Of a stretch of DNA of 64,000 nucleotides, positions 1 to 9,233 are shown piece after piece. How positions within the stretch are numbered: the stretch's first letter is position 1; every line of letters starts with the position of its first letter. The translations under genes were made by a program, and so were the position numbers. The DNA comes from a plasmid, in the sequence record NZ_CP124633.1; one strand, 5' to 3'. Below the pieces are notes generated by a model. The model searched no databases. It was not told the origin of the DNA and worked only from the letters and a program-made list of their open reading frames with translations.

Positions 1-1713
1 TGGTCTGGGTGTAGGCCGTCACCTGCACACCGGCGCCGCCCGCTTTGTTGACCATGGGGATGAACTCGTCGCCAATCAGCTCGTTGAACTCGTCGGCATG
101 CAGGTTGATGCGGACCTTGCCGCCGGCGAGCGAGCCGGGCAGGCCGTCATCGACTCCATGCTTGTAGATGTGACCCGCCACCGAGACCAGGTCGCTGAAC
201 ATGGAGTTGCCCACCGCGGCGGCGACCTCGGTATCCGATAGTGCGTCGAGGCCGACATAGACCACGGCGCGTTTGCGGATGACCTGCATCCAGTCGAAGA
301 TCGGCCGCGGATCGTTGAGGTCCGCGTAGTTGGGCGAAAGCAGCTCCGAGATCCGCCCAGTGGTGAGTTTCTCCAGCAGCGGCAGCAGCGAGGCCACGAT
401 CTTGTCGAAGTAGGTCTTGTCGTAGCGCACGGCGCTCTTCAGGCCTTCCATGACCGGGTCGGCGATGCGTTTCTGTGTCAGGTACTGGTCGATGGCCACG
501 ACCCGCAGGGGCCGTCCTTTCATGTTGAACGGGATGTTCTTGTCGTTGAGCTTGCCCTCGATCTGGATGATGGTGTCCCAGGCCCTGGGATCGTGCTCGC
601 TGATGTATTTCTGGGCATATTCGACGAACAACGCATCGATGTTCACGACGTGGCGGAGGATCTGTTGGTAGTCAGGCCGGATACCCAGCGCGTGCAGCGC
701 GCGGGCGATGATGTTGACGAACCGCCAGGCGAACTCGCGGAACGCCGCGCTGTTGCCTTCGCCGGAGAGCTGGCCGGCGACGCGGGTGGCGACCTCGGAG
801 ATCCGACCGAACCGGCCGACGGCGTTGTAGCGTGCCGACAGGTCAGGATGACCGAGGTGGAACACGTAGAACTCGTCCAGGCGGCTGGCACGTTCGCATT
901 CCACGTACATACGCTTGAGCAGGTCAGCGTCGCCTTTCGGGTCGAAGACGATCACCACCTCGTAGTCCGGCTGCTCCTCTGCGCGCCGGCGCCGGTGGCC
1001 GTGGTGAACCGTCTGGGTCCGCCGGCCCATCTTCGCCCGCCGGCGTCGGCCCCGGCAGTGGGTGCGGCGAATATCCTGGGTGATGAACAGCTCCGCGAGT
1101 CGCGTCTTACCCACCCGCGTAGTGCCGAGTACCAGTGTGTGGCCGACGCGCTCGCCCAGTTGTAGGCCTACGTCCTGTTCGCGCGGCTCGATGCCATGGA
1201 GCCTAGGCAAACCGCCCACGGGCGGCAGCGGCCGTGCGGGGTTCCAGGCCACGTCCCAGGCAGTGGCTTTGGTGACCAGCTTCAGGGGGAAAGGGGCGAA
1301 CTCAAGCTGCTTCTCCAGCCGGCGCGCGCGCTCGTAGAGCGGCGAGGGCTCGACGTAGGAGGCGAACTGGGGCAGGTAGGTATCTGCCAGGCGCTGCGTA
1401 TGCTTCTGCGTCCAGCGAAATCCTTTACCGATGAACAGGTGTTCGTTGCTGACCGGCATCTCGGCGCTGGTCATCGTGTACTTCGGCAGTCGGCGAATGT
1501 TCCGCCGGTAGCGGAGCACCACGCCGGCCTGCTTCAGCCGCACGATACCCAGCCAGGCGAAGCCCAGCGCGGCCACGATGCCGAACAGCGGAGTGAGGGC
1601 GAACGTCCACGGCGCGACGATGCAGAGCGCGGCCGCGGTGAAGCACACGGTGGTGGTGTAGAGCTCCACGGCAGGCCGCAAGAGCGCTTCCAGCGGGTAC
1701 TGGCCAGCCATGG
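1..1713 (-). CDS. traD: Type IV coupling protein TraD-like (ICE PFGI-1/pKLC102 class), N-terminal ~570 aa; C-terminus runs off window start
   Basis: Own minus-strand translation from ATG at 1713: MAGQYPLEALL..., two N-terminal TM helices, Walker A GTTRVGKT, YEVVIVFDPKGD motif; absent from ORF track because its stop lies outside the window. Confidence 0.8.
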
Positions 1714-1714
1714 G

Positions 1715-1984
1715 TTACACCTTCAAGCTTGCCGGCGACTGCAGGCGGCCCGGTCGGCGGCGCTTGGCATGAAGTTCGAGCACCTGTTTCCTGGCTTGCT
1801 CGACCTCATGATCAGGCAGCATCTGCTCCAGCAGCTCGCAGAGGGACGACTCGTCCTCCAAGGCCTTGGACGTCACCTCACCGCCGTAGCGTGAGATCAG
1901 GCCGAGCAACTCCTGGTACATGAGTTGGCGTGCCTGAGCGTCGCTCGACTGCTTGATGAGCAGGGTGATCAGGTGAGTAGTCAT
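1715..1984 (-). CDS. small ICE transfer-operon protein (89 aa)
   Basis: Internal Met MTTHLITLLIKQ... of ORF 1715..2464 preceded by AGGAGT SD 6 nt upstream, directly after stop of upstream gene; upstream part of the long ORF is R-rich junk. Confidence 0.5.
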   Translation of the reverse strand: MTTHLITLLIKQSSDAQARQLMYQELLGLISRYGGEVTSKALEDESSLCELLEQMLPDHEVEQARKQVLELHAKRRRPGRLQSPASLKV

Positions 1985-1992
1985 GAGGACTC

Positions 1993-2493
1993 CTACTGCT
2001 GGATGGCGGTGGATGTGATGAGGGCGGGGTAGTGCCGCAGTCCGAGCCGGTCGACCAGGTCGTCCGCCGGCGCCGGCAATATCTGAAGTCCTTTCCCCCA
2101 GGCACGGATTTCCGTCAGGCGCGCTTCGCTGGCCACGTTCACTGCCAGGCCCACAGCGTGGAGGCCTCGGAGCTCGTCGCCTCGCTCTTTCAGCCAGGTT
2201 CGAGACAGCGTGTCGTCGCCGACGAGGAACAGAGGTTGCAGGCCTGGGGCGTTGATGGCGCGCCCCTGAACCTGGCCTGGCGAAAGGCGTGCCGAGCGAA
2301 CTGGAAACGCACCTGAGCCACGGACACCCAGGTCGCCAGGTCCTGGTATGGCAGCGGATGGCTGCGGATCCAGGCCCTGGTAGTAGGGGAGCGCTGAGGC
2401 GCCGCCCAGGTCTTCGACAACGATCAGCCCGGCGGCCCAGGCTTGAGTCGCGAACGCCGTGCAAAATGCCAGCGTGGCAAGGAACTTCTTCAT
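1993..2493 (-). CDS. exported ICE protein with cleavable signal peptide (TIGR03757-like)
   Basis: ORF 166 aa, MKKFLATLAFCTAFATQAWA signal peptide, operon context. Confidence 0.6.
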   Translation of the reverse strand: MKKFLATLAFCTAFATQAWAAGLIVVEDLGGASALPYYQGLDPQPSAAIPGPGDLGVRGSGAFPVRSARLSPGQVQGRAINAPGLQPLFLVGDDTLSRTWLKERGDELRGLHAVGLAVNVASEARLTEIRAWGKGLQILPAPADDLVDRLGLRHYPALITSTAIQQ

Positions 2494-3071
2494 GGATTGG
2501 TCACCAGCAGGTTGACGCCGAGGACTTGGCTGAGGTGGCGGGATACTGTCCTACGGTATTTGGCGGCAGGCGCGCCGCCGGCGGGGCGGTGGTAGCGGCC
2601 GGCGACCTGGATCCAGTCCACCGGTTTCCCGGGGGCAGAGGCGTACAAGGCGTCCCGCTGCTCGATCAGGATGTCGGAGGTGGCGTCCAGGTTCTTGTAC
2701 GGATCCAGGGACTCGCAGGGGCTGGAGAAACGATGTCCGTTCCAGCCGATGTTGACCTGGCCGAGGCCGGAATCGACGCTCTTGGCCCCGTAGAGGTTGA
2801 TCGCCGCGAGTAGCGCTGTGCAGGCGGCGGTGCGGGTCGCGTAGTAGTAAGATTTCCCGGCGACGTTCAATGTCCAGGGCCAGGGAACGTATTCGCCGCG
2901 CAGCAGGACCTTGCTCTCGGTCAGCGCGACCGAGTAGAGCACCTCGGCCGGAACCCCTTTGGGCAGGGCGATCTGCTTGTACGCCGGCGGAGGATCCACG
3001 GCGGCCTGAACGATGTTGGCCAGAACCAGCAGGGCGGCCAGTTGGAGGGCGCGGATTACAGACGTTGCCAT
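2490..3071 (-). CDS. lytic transglycosylase (SLT domain) of the transfer apparatus
   Basis: 193-aa ORF with signal-like N-terminus and SLT-type catalytic region (YSVALTESK...). Confidence 0.7.
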   Translation of the reverse strand: MATSVIRALQLAALLVLANIVQAAVDPPPAYKQIALPKGVPAEVLYSVALTESKVLLRGEYVPWPWTLNVAGKSYYYATRTAACTALLAAINLYGAKSVDSGLGQVNIGWNGHRFSSPCESLDPYKNLDATSDILIEQRDALYASAPGKPVDWIQVAGRYHRPAGGAPAAKYRRTVSRHLSQVLGVNLLVTNP

Positions 3072-3811
3072 CGGCCGTTCACCTCCTGGACCAGGGCGGG
3101 AAGGGCCCCGCCCAGTCCCAGGGCCATCCAGCGGCCCTCGTCATGATTGAGCGTGATCTGCTTGCTGCGAACCTTCTTCGGGTCGACGCCGGCGAGGATT
3201 GCCCAGTGCCGCACTCGCTCTGCGTCGTTCTGGCTACCGACGAAGTAGAGATCGAACTCCTTGTTCTGCTGCTGCAGGTCGCGGACCCGCTGGATGCAGG
3301 CGGTGCAGTTGTCCTGGACGAACAGGGCCAGGCGCCCGCTGCTCTGCAACGCTGGGCTCATGTTCGGGGCGCCCGACGGGTTGGCCGTGCTGCTTTCGGT
3401 GAGGCGGATGACCCCCTCGCCTGGATAGGCGCGGGCGAAGGCTTCGTCGTATGCGCGCTGGTAGGCGAGTTCCTTCTCGACCCGGCGCCGTTCGGCCTGG
3501 ACCTGTAGATCGGCATACCGCCGCCGTTCCTCTGCCGATCGCGCCTCGATGCCCAGCGCGGTCAGCGGGTCAATGCCAGGTGAGTACACGCCCCGGGGGC
3601 CTTGCATGAGCGTCTGGTAGCGGGTCCATTCCTGTTGATTCAGTCCCCACTCCTGGGCCAGGTCGCTCTGAGATGTCTGTTGTTTCAGCGTGCCGAGTTG
3701 GCTACCGGACAGCTGGCTGCTGGTCTCTCGGCTTGCCGCAGCCTCCTGGCCGACTGCGGGATAGCTCAGCAGCAGCACCAGGCCGGACAGGAGCGATACG
3801 GTTCTGTTCAT
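3056..3811 (-). CDS. exported thioredoxin-like CxxC protein (ICE-conserved)
   Basis: ORF 3056..3886; likely start at internal Met MNRTVSLLSGLVLLLSYPAVG (signal peptide) with AGGA SD; DNCTAC motif. Confidence 0.55.
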   Translation of the reverse strand: MNRTVSLLSGLVLLLSYPAVGQEAAASRETSSQLSGSQLGTLKQQTSQSDLAQEWGLNQQEWTRYQTLMQGPRGVYSPGIDPLTALGIEARSAEERRRYADLQVQAERRRVEKELAYQRAYDEAFARAYPGEGVIRLTESSTANPSGAPNMSPALQSSGRLALFVQDNCTACIQRVRDLQQQNKEFDLYFVGSQNDAERVRHWAILAGVDPKKVRSKQITLNHDEGRWMALGLGGALPALVQEVNGRWQRL

Positions 3812-3821
3812 GTGCGGGGTC

Positions 3822-4514
3822 CTATGGTTGGATGCGAACGCTGCGCGAGGCGCCGGCGACGTCGAAGTGCGCGGTACGATCGTCAAGGTCGGTCAGTCGC
3901 CAGGTCGTGCCGGCGACGGCATCGCCCTGGCGAATGAGGTAGATCTGGCTGAGCTGGGTGGATCCCGGAGGTGCAACCGACAGAAACCGTTCGCCCCCGC
4001 GATACTCCACGCCGAGGATTGAGAAGGGCGGAGGCTCGATCGGCTTGGGTTTCGGCTTGGGCTTGTCAGGGAAGGCACCGCGCTTCGGTGGAGGCACGAT
4101 CAGCGGCGGAGCCTTGGCTTGCTTCTCTTGCAGCGTGCGGACAGAACCGTCCAGCGTCTCCACTGTTGCCTTGAGCACCAGGAGATCGCCGGCCGAGGCG
4201 GTGGTTTGAGCCAGGTTCTCGACGGCGTCGGAGGCCTGCTTGGCGAAGGCCTGCGCGGCGTCAATGCGGTTGGACAGTGCCTGCTGGCCTGAGCGGAAGT
4301 CCTCGTTGCTGACCAGGTGCTGTCCATCCACGGCGTCGAGGCGCTCGTCGACTCGATTCAAGCGAGCCAGGATCGCCTCTAGCGAGGTCTTTTCCGCGGC
4401 ACTGTCCACGCCTGATCGGAGCTGAATGAGTTGGTACTGCTGGTAGCTCAGCAGGCCGGCCATTGCCGTCAAGCAGAGGCCAAGAATCATTGATGCAGGG
4501 GATGGGCGTTTCAT
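3822..4514 (-). CDS. membrane-anchored coiled-coil protein with KPKPKPKP linker (ICE transfer operon)
   Basis: 230-aa ORF, N-terminal TM segment, first gene downstream of a 450-bp AT-richer promoter region. Confidence 0.55.
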   Translation of the reverse strand: MKRPSPASMILGLCLTAMAGLLSYQQYQLIQLRSGVDSAAEKTSLEAILARLNRVDERLDAVDGQHLVSNEDFRSGQQALSNRIDAAQAFAKQASDAVENLAQTTASAGDLLVLKATVETLDGSVRTLQEKQAKAPPLIVPPPKRGAFPDKPKPKPKPIEPPPFSILGVEYRGGERFLSVAPPGSTQLSQIYLIRQGDAVAGTTWRLTDLDDRTAHFDVAGASRSVRIQP

Positions 4515-4965
4515 GAGTGTCCTCGCGCGAAGCCAGAGACACCCTCTCAGACTGCCCCCATTGAGGCAGTAGGAAATACTCGGTGAGTGGGGGTGGGATT
4601 TTTTTGGATAGGATTCTGGCGAATCGCCGGGCCTGATTCGCTATGCGAAGATCAGTCGACTCTGGGTGCCCTTCACACGCATCTAGGCTGCGTCATTTCT
4701 GGTTAACACTGCTTCGAGGAAGCCCTAGGCTATGAATACAGACCTTCCCCAGCTCGAACAAACCATCATTGAGATAGCGTGCCAGGAATTGGTTGAAGCT
4801 GGTCAGCCAAGCCAAAACTCCCTGTCATGCTATGTCGCATCTTTCGAGTCTACTCATCTGGCTTGACTCGTTCGATGGCTAAAGCCGCTTGTGCAGTGGA
4901 GCCTGGCTGAGGCGGGACACTAGCTCAAGATGAGCGTGGCCGTTGCTGGGGTGAGTTACCGACAA

Positions 4966-6300
4966 TCACTCGTCTTCGAACTCCGCCTTTCCCTTCTGGA
5001 CCATTGAGATGGGAGGTATAAAAAACATTGTCCGCTGCGCCGCCGGCATCAGGATATCTGAGGACTTGATGCTGCTGCCCTTTCGCCGCTTGGTGCCACT
5101 GTCCTTGTCGTAAACCTCGATGTCTTTGCACAGAATTGGCATGTGGAGGGCCTCGCGAACGATGCTTTCGTTGGCCATCGTGCTGTTGGCCATGCTCTTC
5201 ATCATGTCCTCGAACGTCTGTACAGGCTGTTGGTAGATCTGCCTGGGCAGCAGCTCGGAAAGCTCTCTCTCGATGCGTTTTCCGGTGACGTTATCGAAGA
5301 AATGCTCTTCACCGAAGCCAAGGTTTTGCTGATCGGTAACCTGTATATCGCGCTTAGTGTCGTACCCCACGAATAGCGCGGGCGTCATTGCGTGCGAAAA
5401 GTGGTTGCCGTACTTCCAGTGGATTTCCTTCATCACAGCGTTGGCGCGATAGCTCTTGGCGAGATGAATGAACCAGTAGGTGCGAGGGTTAGCACCAAAC
5501 GGCGTTATGAAGAATACCGTCATGAACTCTGCGCCGCTTTCTTTCAGTATGCCCTCTGCCAGGAAGCGTTGAATGAGGTGCTGCCATTCATGACGCATCG
5601 TGGCCTTGAAGGAAGGGAGTTTAGCCCACGGAATGTATTTCTCAAGGTCAATATTCTGGAGCGCCTTACGGTTTTCCTCCCGCTCAGAAAGGTAGTCAAT
5701 CAGGCTGTCAACGTTGAACGTCAGCAACACCTCAGCGTTTCTCACTTCCTGAAAGATGGCGCGGATGCTGGAGAATGGAACATCTTTGTAAGCGTACTGA
5801 TCCAACAAGAAAATTGCGCGTTGAGAGAATTTTAATTTCTTGATCTGATTTATTAGCGCAGGGAGAGCGTTGGTGAAGCGTGACTTTATCGGGAATACGT
5901 CCTTGTCTATTAAGTGCGAATATCCTTTCGCGTTAAGTACTGCGTTCAGATAATCTATGTTGTCCTTTTTGATGTCTACAAAATAGTACTTGGCAATTAC
6001 TTCGCGGTCTTGTTTTCTCAGGGTGTTAATTTCCGCAACTGTCTGGCGAACGGTCTCCAACGCGATGATCGGCGATCCATAGTGGATGCCTATACCATCA
6101 TCGTCTTTGTAAATACCCCCTCCACAGAACCCATCGATGATGCTGATTCCTATTCGAGGGATCATCTGGTTGCTCATCACGACCGTTATGTAGGAGCGAA
6201 TATAGTCCTGAATTATCTTGTGTTTGATCTTGCTGTGGGGATTAATCTGAGGATATGTCCCGGTGGAAATATTCCACTTGTACTTTTCATCCTTGGCCAT
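4966..6300 (-). CDS. TcmP-like (three-Cys-motif partner protein family) protein, 444 aa
   Basis: Low-GC ORF; N-terminal KIKHKIIQDYIRSY...IDGFCGGG pattern shared with paralog 7293..8483; adjacent to DUF5131 gene. Confidence 0.55.
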   Translation of the reverse strand: MAKDEKYKWNISTGTYPQINPHSKIKHKIIQDYIRSYITVVMSNQMIPRIGISIIDGFCGGGIYKDDDGIGIHYGSPIIALETVRQTVAEINTLRKQDREVIAKYYFVDIKKDNIDYLNAVLNAKGYSHLIDKDVFPIKSRFTNALPALINQIKKLKFSQRAIFLLDQYAYKDVPFSSIRAIFQEVRNAEVLLTFNVDSLIDYLSEREENRKALQNIDLEKYIPWAKLPSFKATMRHEWQHLIQRFLAEGILKESGAEFMTVFFITPFGANPRTYWFIHLAKSYRANAVMKEIHWKYGNHFSHAMTPALFVGYDTKRDIQVTDQQNLGFGEEHFFDNVTGKRIERELSELLPRQIYQQPVQTFEDMMKSMANSTMANESIVREALHMPILCKDIEVYDKDSGTKRRKGSSIKSSDILMPAAQRTMFFIPPISMVQKGKAEFEDE

Positions 6301-6317
6301 CCGGTAAGTCCTTTAAC

Positions 6318-7060
6318 TCAGGCTAAATTCAAAAGAGGTATTTCATCCCAGGTCTGGCCGTTTAGCAGCCGCCCGTTTGCTTTTTTAGAGCGCTTGACTC
6401 CATCCGCCCCCCATCCGCCCCACTGCTTGAAAAAGAACGCGGAACCGGAGATATCGCACTGACGATGAATGTTGTCGACCCATTCTTGCTGCATGGGACG
6501 CGCTTTCGCGCCTGACTCGCCTCCAACGATCACCCAGTGGATATCGGTCAAGTCTATTTCACCGAGATCTTCCAGAAGGGCTCCGCCGAGAGGAAGCGGA
6601 TTGTGGCATTCACACGGCGCAAGCAGTCGATACGAGGAACGCCATAGGCCTTGTCTTCGACCGATACTCCAAGCCAGGCGTTGGTAGGTGGAACGCGCTT
6701 GCTGAAGTAGTCAGCCAATCGTTCCGCGCGCTTTGTCAGGATTTGAAAGGTATGTTGCGTCGCCTCACGAATGACGTCAAAAATCTGATCGATGTAATGG
6801 TCAGGGACTTTCTCGTGAAACAGATCCGACATGGAGTTTACAAAATAGATAGTCGACTTCTTGCGCTGAAGCGGTTCGCGAAGTTTCTCTGGACGCAGGC
6901 TAAGCTTGAAACCATTTTCATAACCTGGAGTGCCCATGGCCTGCAGTCGGTGCGCCATGTTCTCGGCATAACAATGTTTGCAGCCCGGCGATACCTTGGT
7001 GCACCCCACAATGGGGTTCCAGGTCATTTCTGTCCATTCTATGCTCGTCTGGGTACTCAT
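6318..7060 (-). CDS. DUF5131 (phage Gp37/Gp68, three-Cys motif IEWTEMTWNPIVGCTKVSPGCKHCYA) protein, reading frame broken by a 1-nt deletion in a C/G run near 6578-6580
   Basis: ORFs 6554..7093 and 6318..6551 are N- and C-halves of one protein: ...FLSAEP then +2 frame LLEDLGEIDLTDIHWVIVGGESG...FFFKQWGG; likely start at MSTQTSIEWT (7060) with AGGAG SD. Confidence 0.65.
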
Positions 7061-7292
7061 TGCACTGTAACTCCTGTCGTGCGCGATGCTCATGTAAATC
7101 GGGCGCGAATCAAATGACTATCACCTTAGTGATTGGCCTTTCTGTTCGAGGTCCTGTCAAATTGTAAGTGTAACACATCTATCCAGATAATCTCAGCTAA
7201 ATAAGAATTGCTTAATATGGTATTTGGCTTACAGTCTTATGGGGTGTTAAAACTTTCTTGTCGTCGGCTGGTTTGTGGGCTGTTGGTAGAAA

Positions 7293-8483
7293 CTAAAAAA
7301 TCTCTTTTGGCGAAAATGATTCTGCGCAGAGCACCCAGCGCTCACTTTTCCTCGGCCAATGAGGCCTTACTGGATTCTTTGTCCGCTTTCGAACATCCGC
7401 ATCCAGATTTATGATTTTCCCTTCTTTAGCTAGATCTTTGAATGCGAGTTGCAGATCCGTCGGATAGAGGTCGGTTTCCTCAAGGAAGCTTGCCCAGCAA
7501 TCATTGTCCACGAGCAATGGTGTGGCGGATAGGCGTGTCAGCAAATACTTTTTGGCGAGCATCCTGTTGTCCCGAACATTGACTGGCTCGGGCTGATCCT
7601 CAGGTGAGGAGAAGAGGTCATTAACAGGAAGCCTCTTGCTCGATTGCCGCCTGAGCTTGGTCTCGAACTGACTGACACGCTGAACCATATCCATCTGCTC
7701 GGCGGCCTCTTTGAAGACAATTAGCCCTTTAGAATGTCGCGTGAGATAGATCAGGAAGTACAGGACGCGGTCCATGCCCGGCCGCTCAACGGTAACGTAC
7801 GCAGTCTTGCCGTTGTAGATATCTCCTACCGCCTGGCGGTATTGGGAAACAATAATTTGTCGCCGCTCGGTTGCCGACTCTTTGCCTGAAAACGTGATTG
7901 CCTTACCGAGCAACTCTTCAACGTTCGCTTGCTGGGCCGTCATCGACATTGCTCGGTTGAGGAAGTCGTACATCAGGTTGATGAGAAACTCGGCTCTGTT
8001 CAACGCCAATAGCGGCGCCAGTACCGGTGCGTTGATAACCTTTCGCCAGCCCTTGGGATCAATGAAGAAGAAGGTGAAGCCAAGTTTGGCCCAGCTTGCG
8101 ATATCTTCGATTTTCGTCGTGTAGTCGCCGTGCATGCAGCTGGCGTCTACGACACTGCCCGTATCGTTGGAAAGGAATCTCTGCAGCTTCGCAAAAGCAT
8201 TGTCGTTTTTTTCGATATACAGGGCGCGGAATCTCACCTTTGCGCCATGCTGCTCTTCAAGCGTCTTCGCGCAATCCTTCATCAGGCTCAACGAGATACC
8301 AATGGAGGTGTCCCGCAAGTCATCAGACTCTTCCGACCAGGGGCCGGCGAAGCAGTCGACGTAATTGATCACCTTCTCACTGCGGCCGATGATCATGATC
8401 AGCCGCTGCAAGTAAGTTCTCAGAATGGTGTGCTTGACGTATGCCTGTTCTCTGCCCTGATATTCTATCGGCATCAAAGACAT
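7293..8483 (-). CDS. TcmP-like paralog, 396 aa, with C-terminal wHTH-like tail
   Basis: YVKHTILRTYL...VDCFAGPW pattern homologous to 4966..6300 along most of its length; start MSLMPIEY with perfect AAGGAGGTGA SD. Confidence 0.55.
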   Translation of the reverse strand: MSLMPIEYQGREQAYVKHTILRTYLQRLIMIIGRSEKVINYVDCFAGPWSEESDDLRDTSIGISLSLMKDCAKTLEEQHGAKVRFRALYIEKNDNAFAKLQRFLSNDTGSVVDASCMHGDYTTKIEDIASWAKLGFTFFFIDPKGWRKVINAPVLAPLLALNRAEFLINLMYDFLNRAMSMTAQQANVEELLGKAITFSGKESATERRQIIVSQYRQAVGDIYNGKTAYVTVERPGMDRVLYFLIYLTRHSKGLIVFKEAAEQMDMVQRVSQFETKLRRQSSKRLPVNDLFSSPEDQPEPVNVRDNRMLAKKYLLTRLSATPLLVDNDCWASFLEETDLYPTDLQLAFKDLAKEGKIINLDADVRKRTKNPVRPHWPRKSERWVLCAESFSPKEIF

Positions 8484-8689
8484 TTCACCTCCTTGTTGAC
8501 CCATCTCGGTCTCCTGCCACGGATCGGCTAATCACGTTGAGCGACGTCGTAGTGGCTATACGGTATCGTAGCCCTCGTGGCGTGGCTATGGGGGCGGGGT
8601 ATGCTTAAGTGCTGGTCGCTGAAACCAGTAGAGCGTCGCGGTGTGAATCGCCGCAGGTTTCGTGGAGGCCGTTTCGTTTAAGTCAGGCC

Positions 8690-9145
<456 letters not shown>

Positions 9146-9202
9146 CTATTTCGAAAAACTCGCATTTATTTCGAAAGCCTACAACTTCGATAAGCATTAT
9201 AT

Positions 9203-9226
9203 AAAAAAGGCCACTCAAAGGTGGCC
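9203..9226 (-). terminator. intrinsic terminator after the methyltransferase-helicase operon
   Basis: minus-strand ggccacctttgagtggcc hairpin followed by TTTTTT, 8 nt after helicase stop. Confidence 0.6.
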
Positions 9227-9233
9227 TATCTGT

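Noticed and set aside
593-1894. Long plus-strand ORFs (593..1165, 1196..1894) across the TraD region
   Set aside because: Antisense to a clearly homologous TraD translation. The proteins are R/G/A-rich low-complexity sequence typical of shadow ORFs in 64% GC DNA.
1715-2464. 249-aa ORF as a single gene
   Set aside because: The upstream two-thirds is Arg/Pro-rich junk overlapping the signal-peptide gene 1993..2493. Only the 89-aa C-terminal part with its own SD was kept.
4732-4866. 44-aa plus-strand ORF (MNTDLPQLEQTIIEIACQELVEAGQ...) in the promoter region upstream of the transfer operon
   Set aside because: No SD, short, inside an AT-rich regulatory interval. Cannot be supported from sequence alone.
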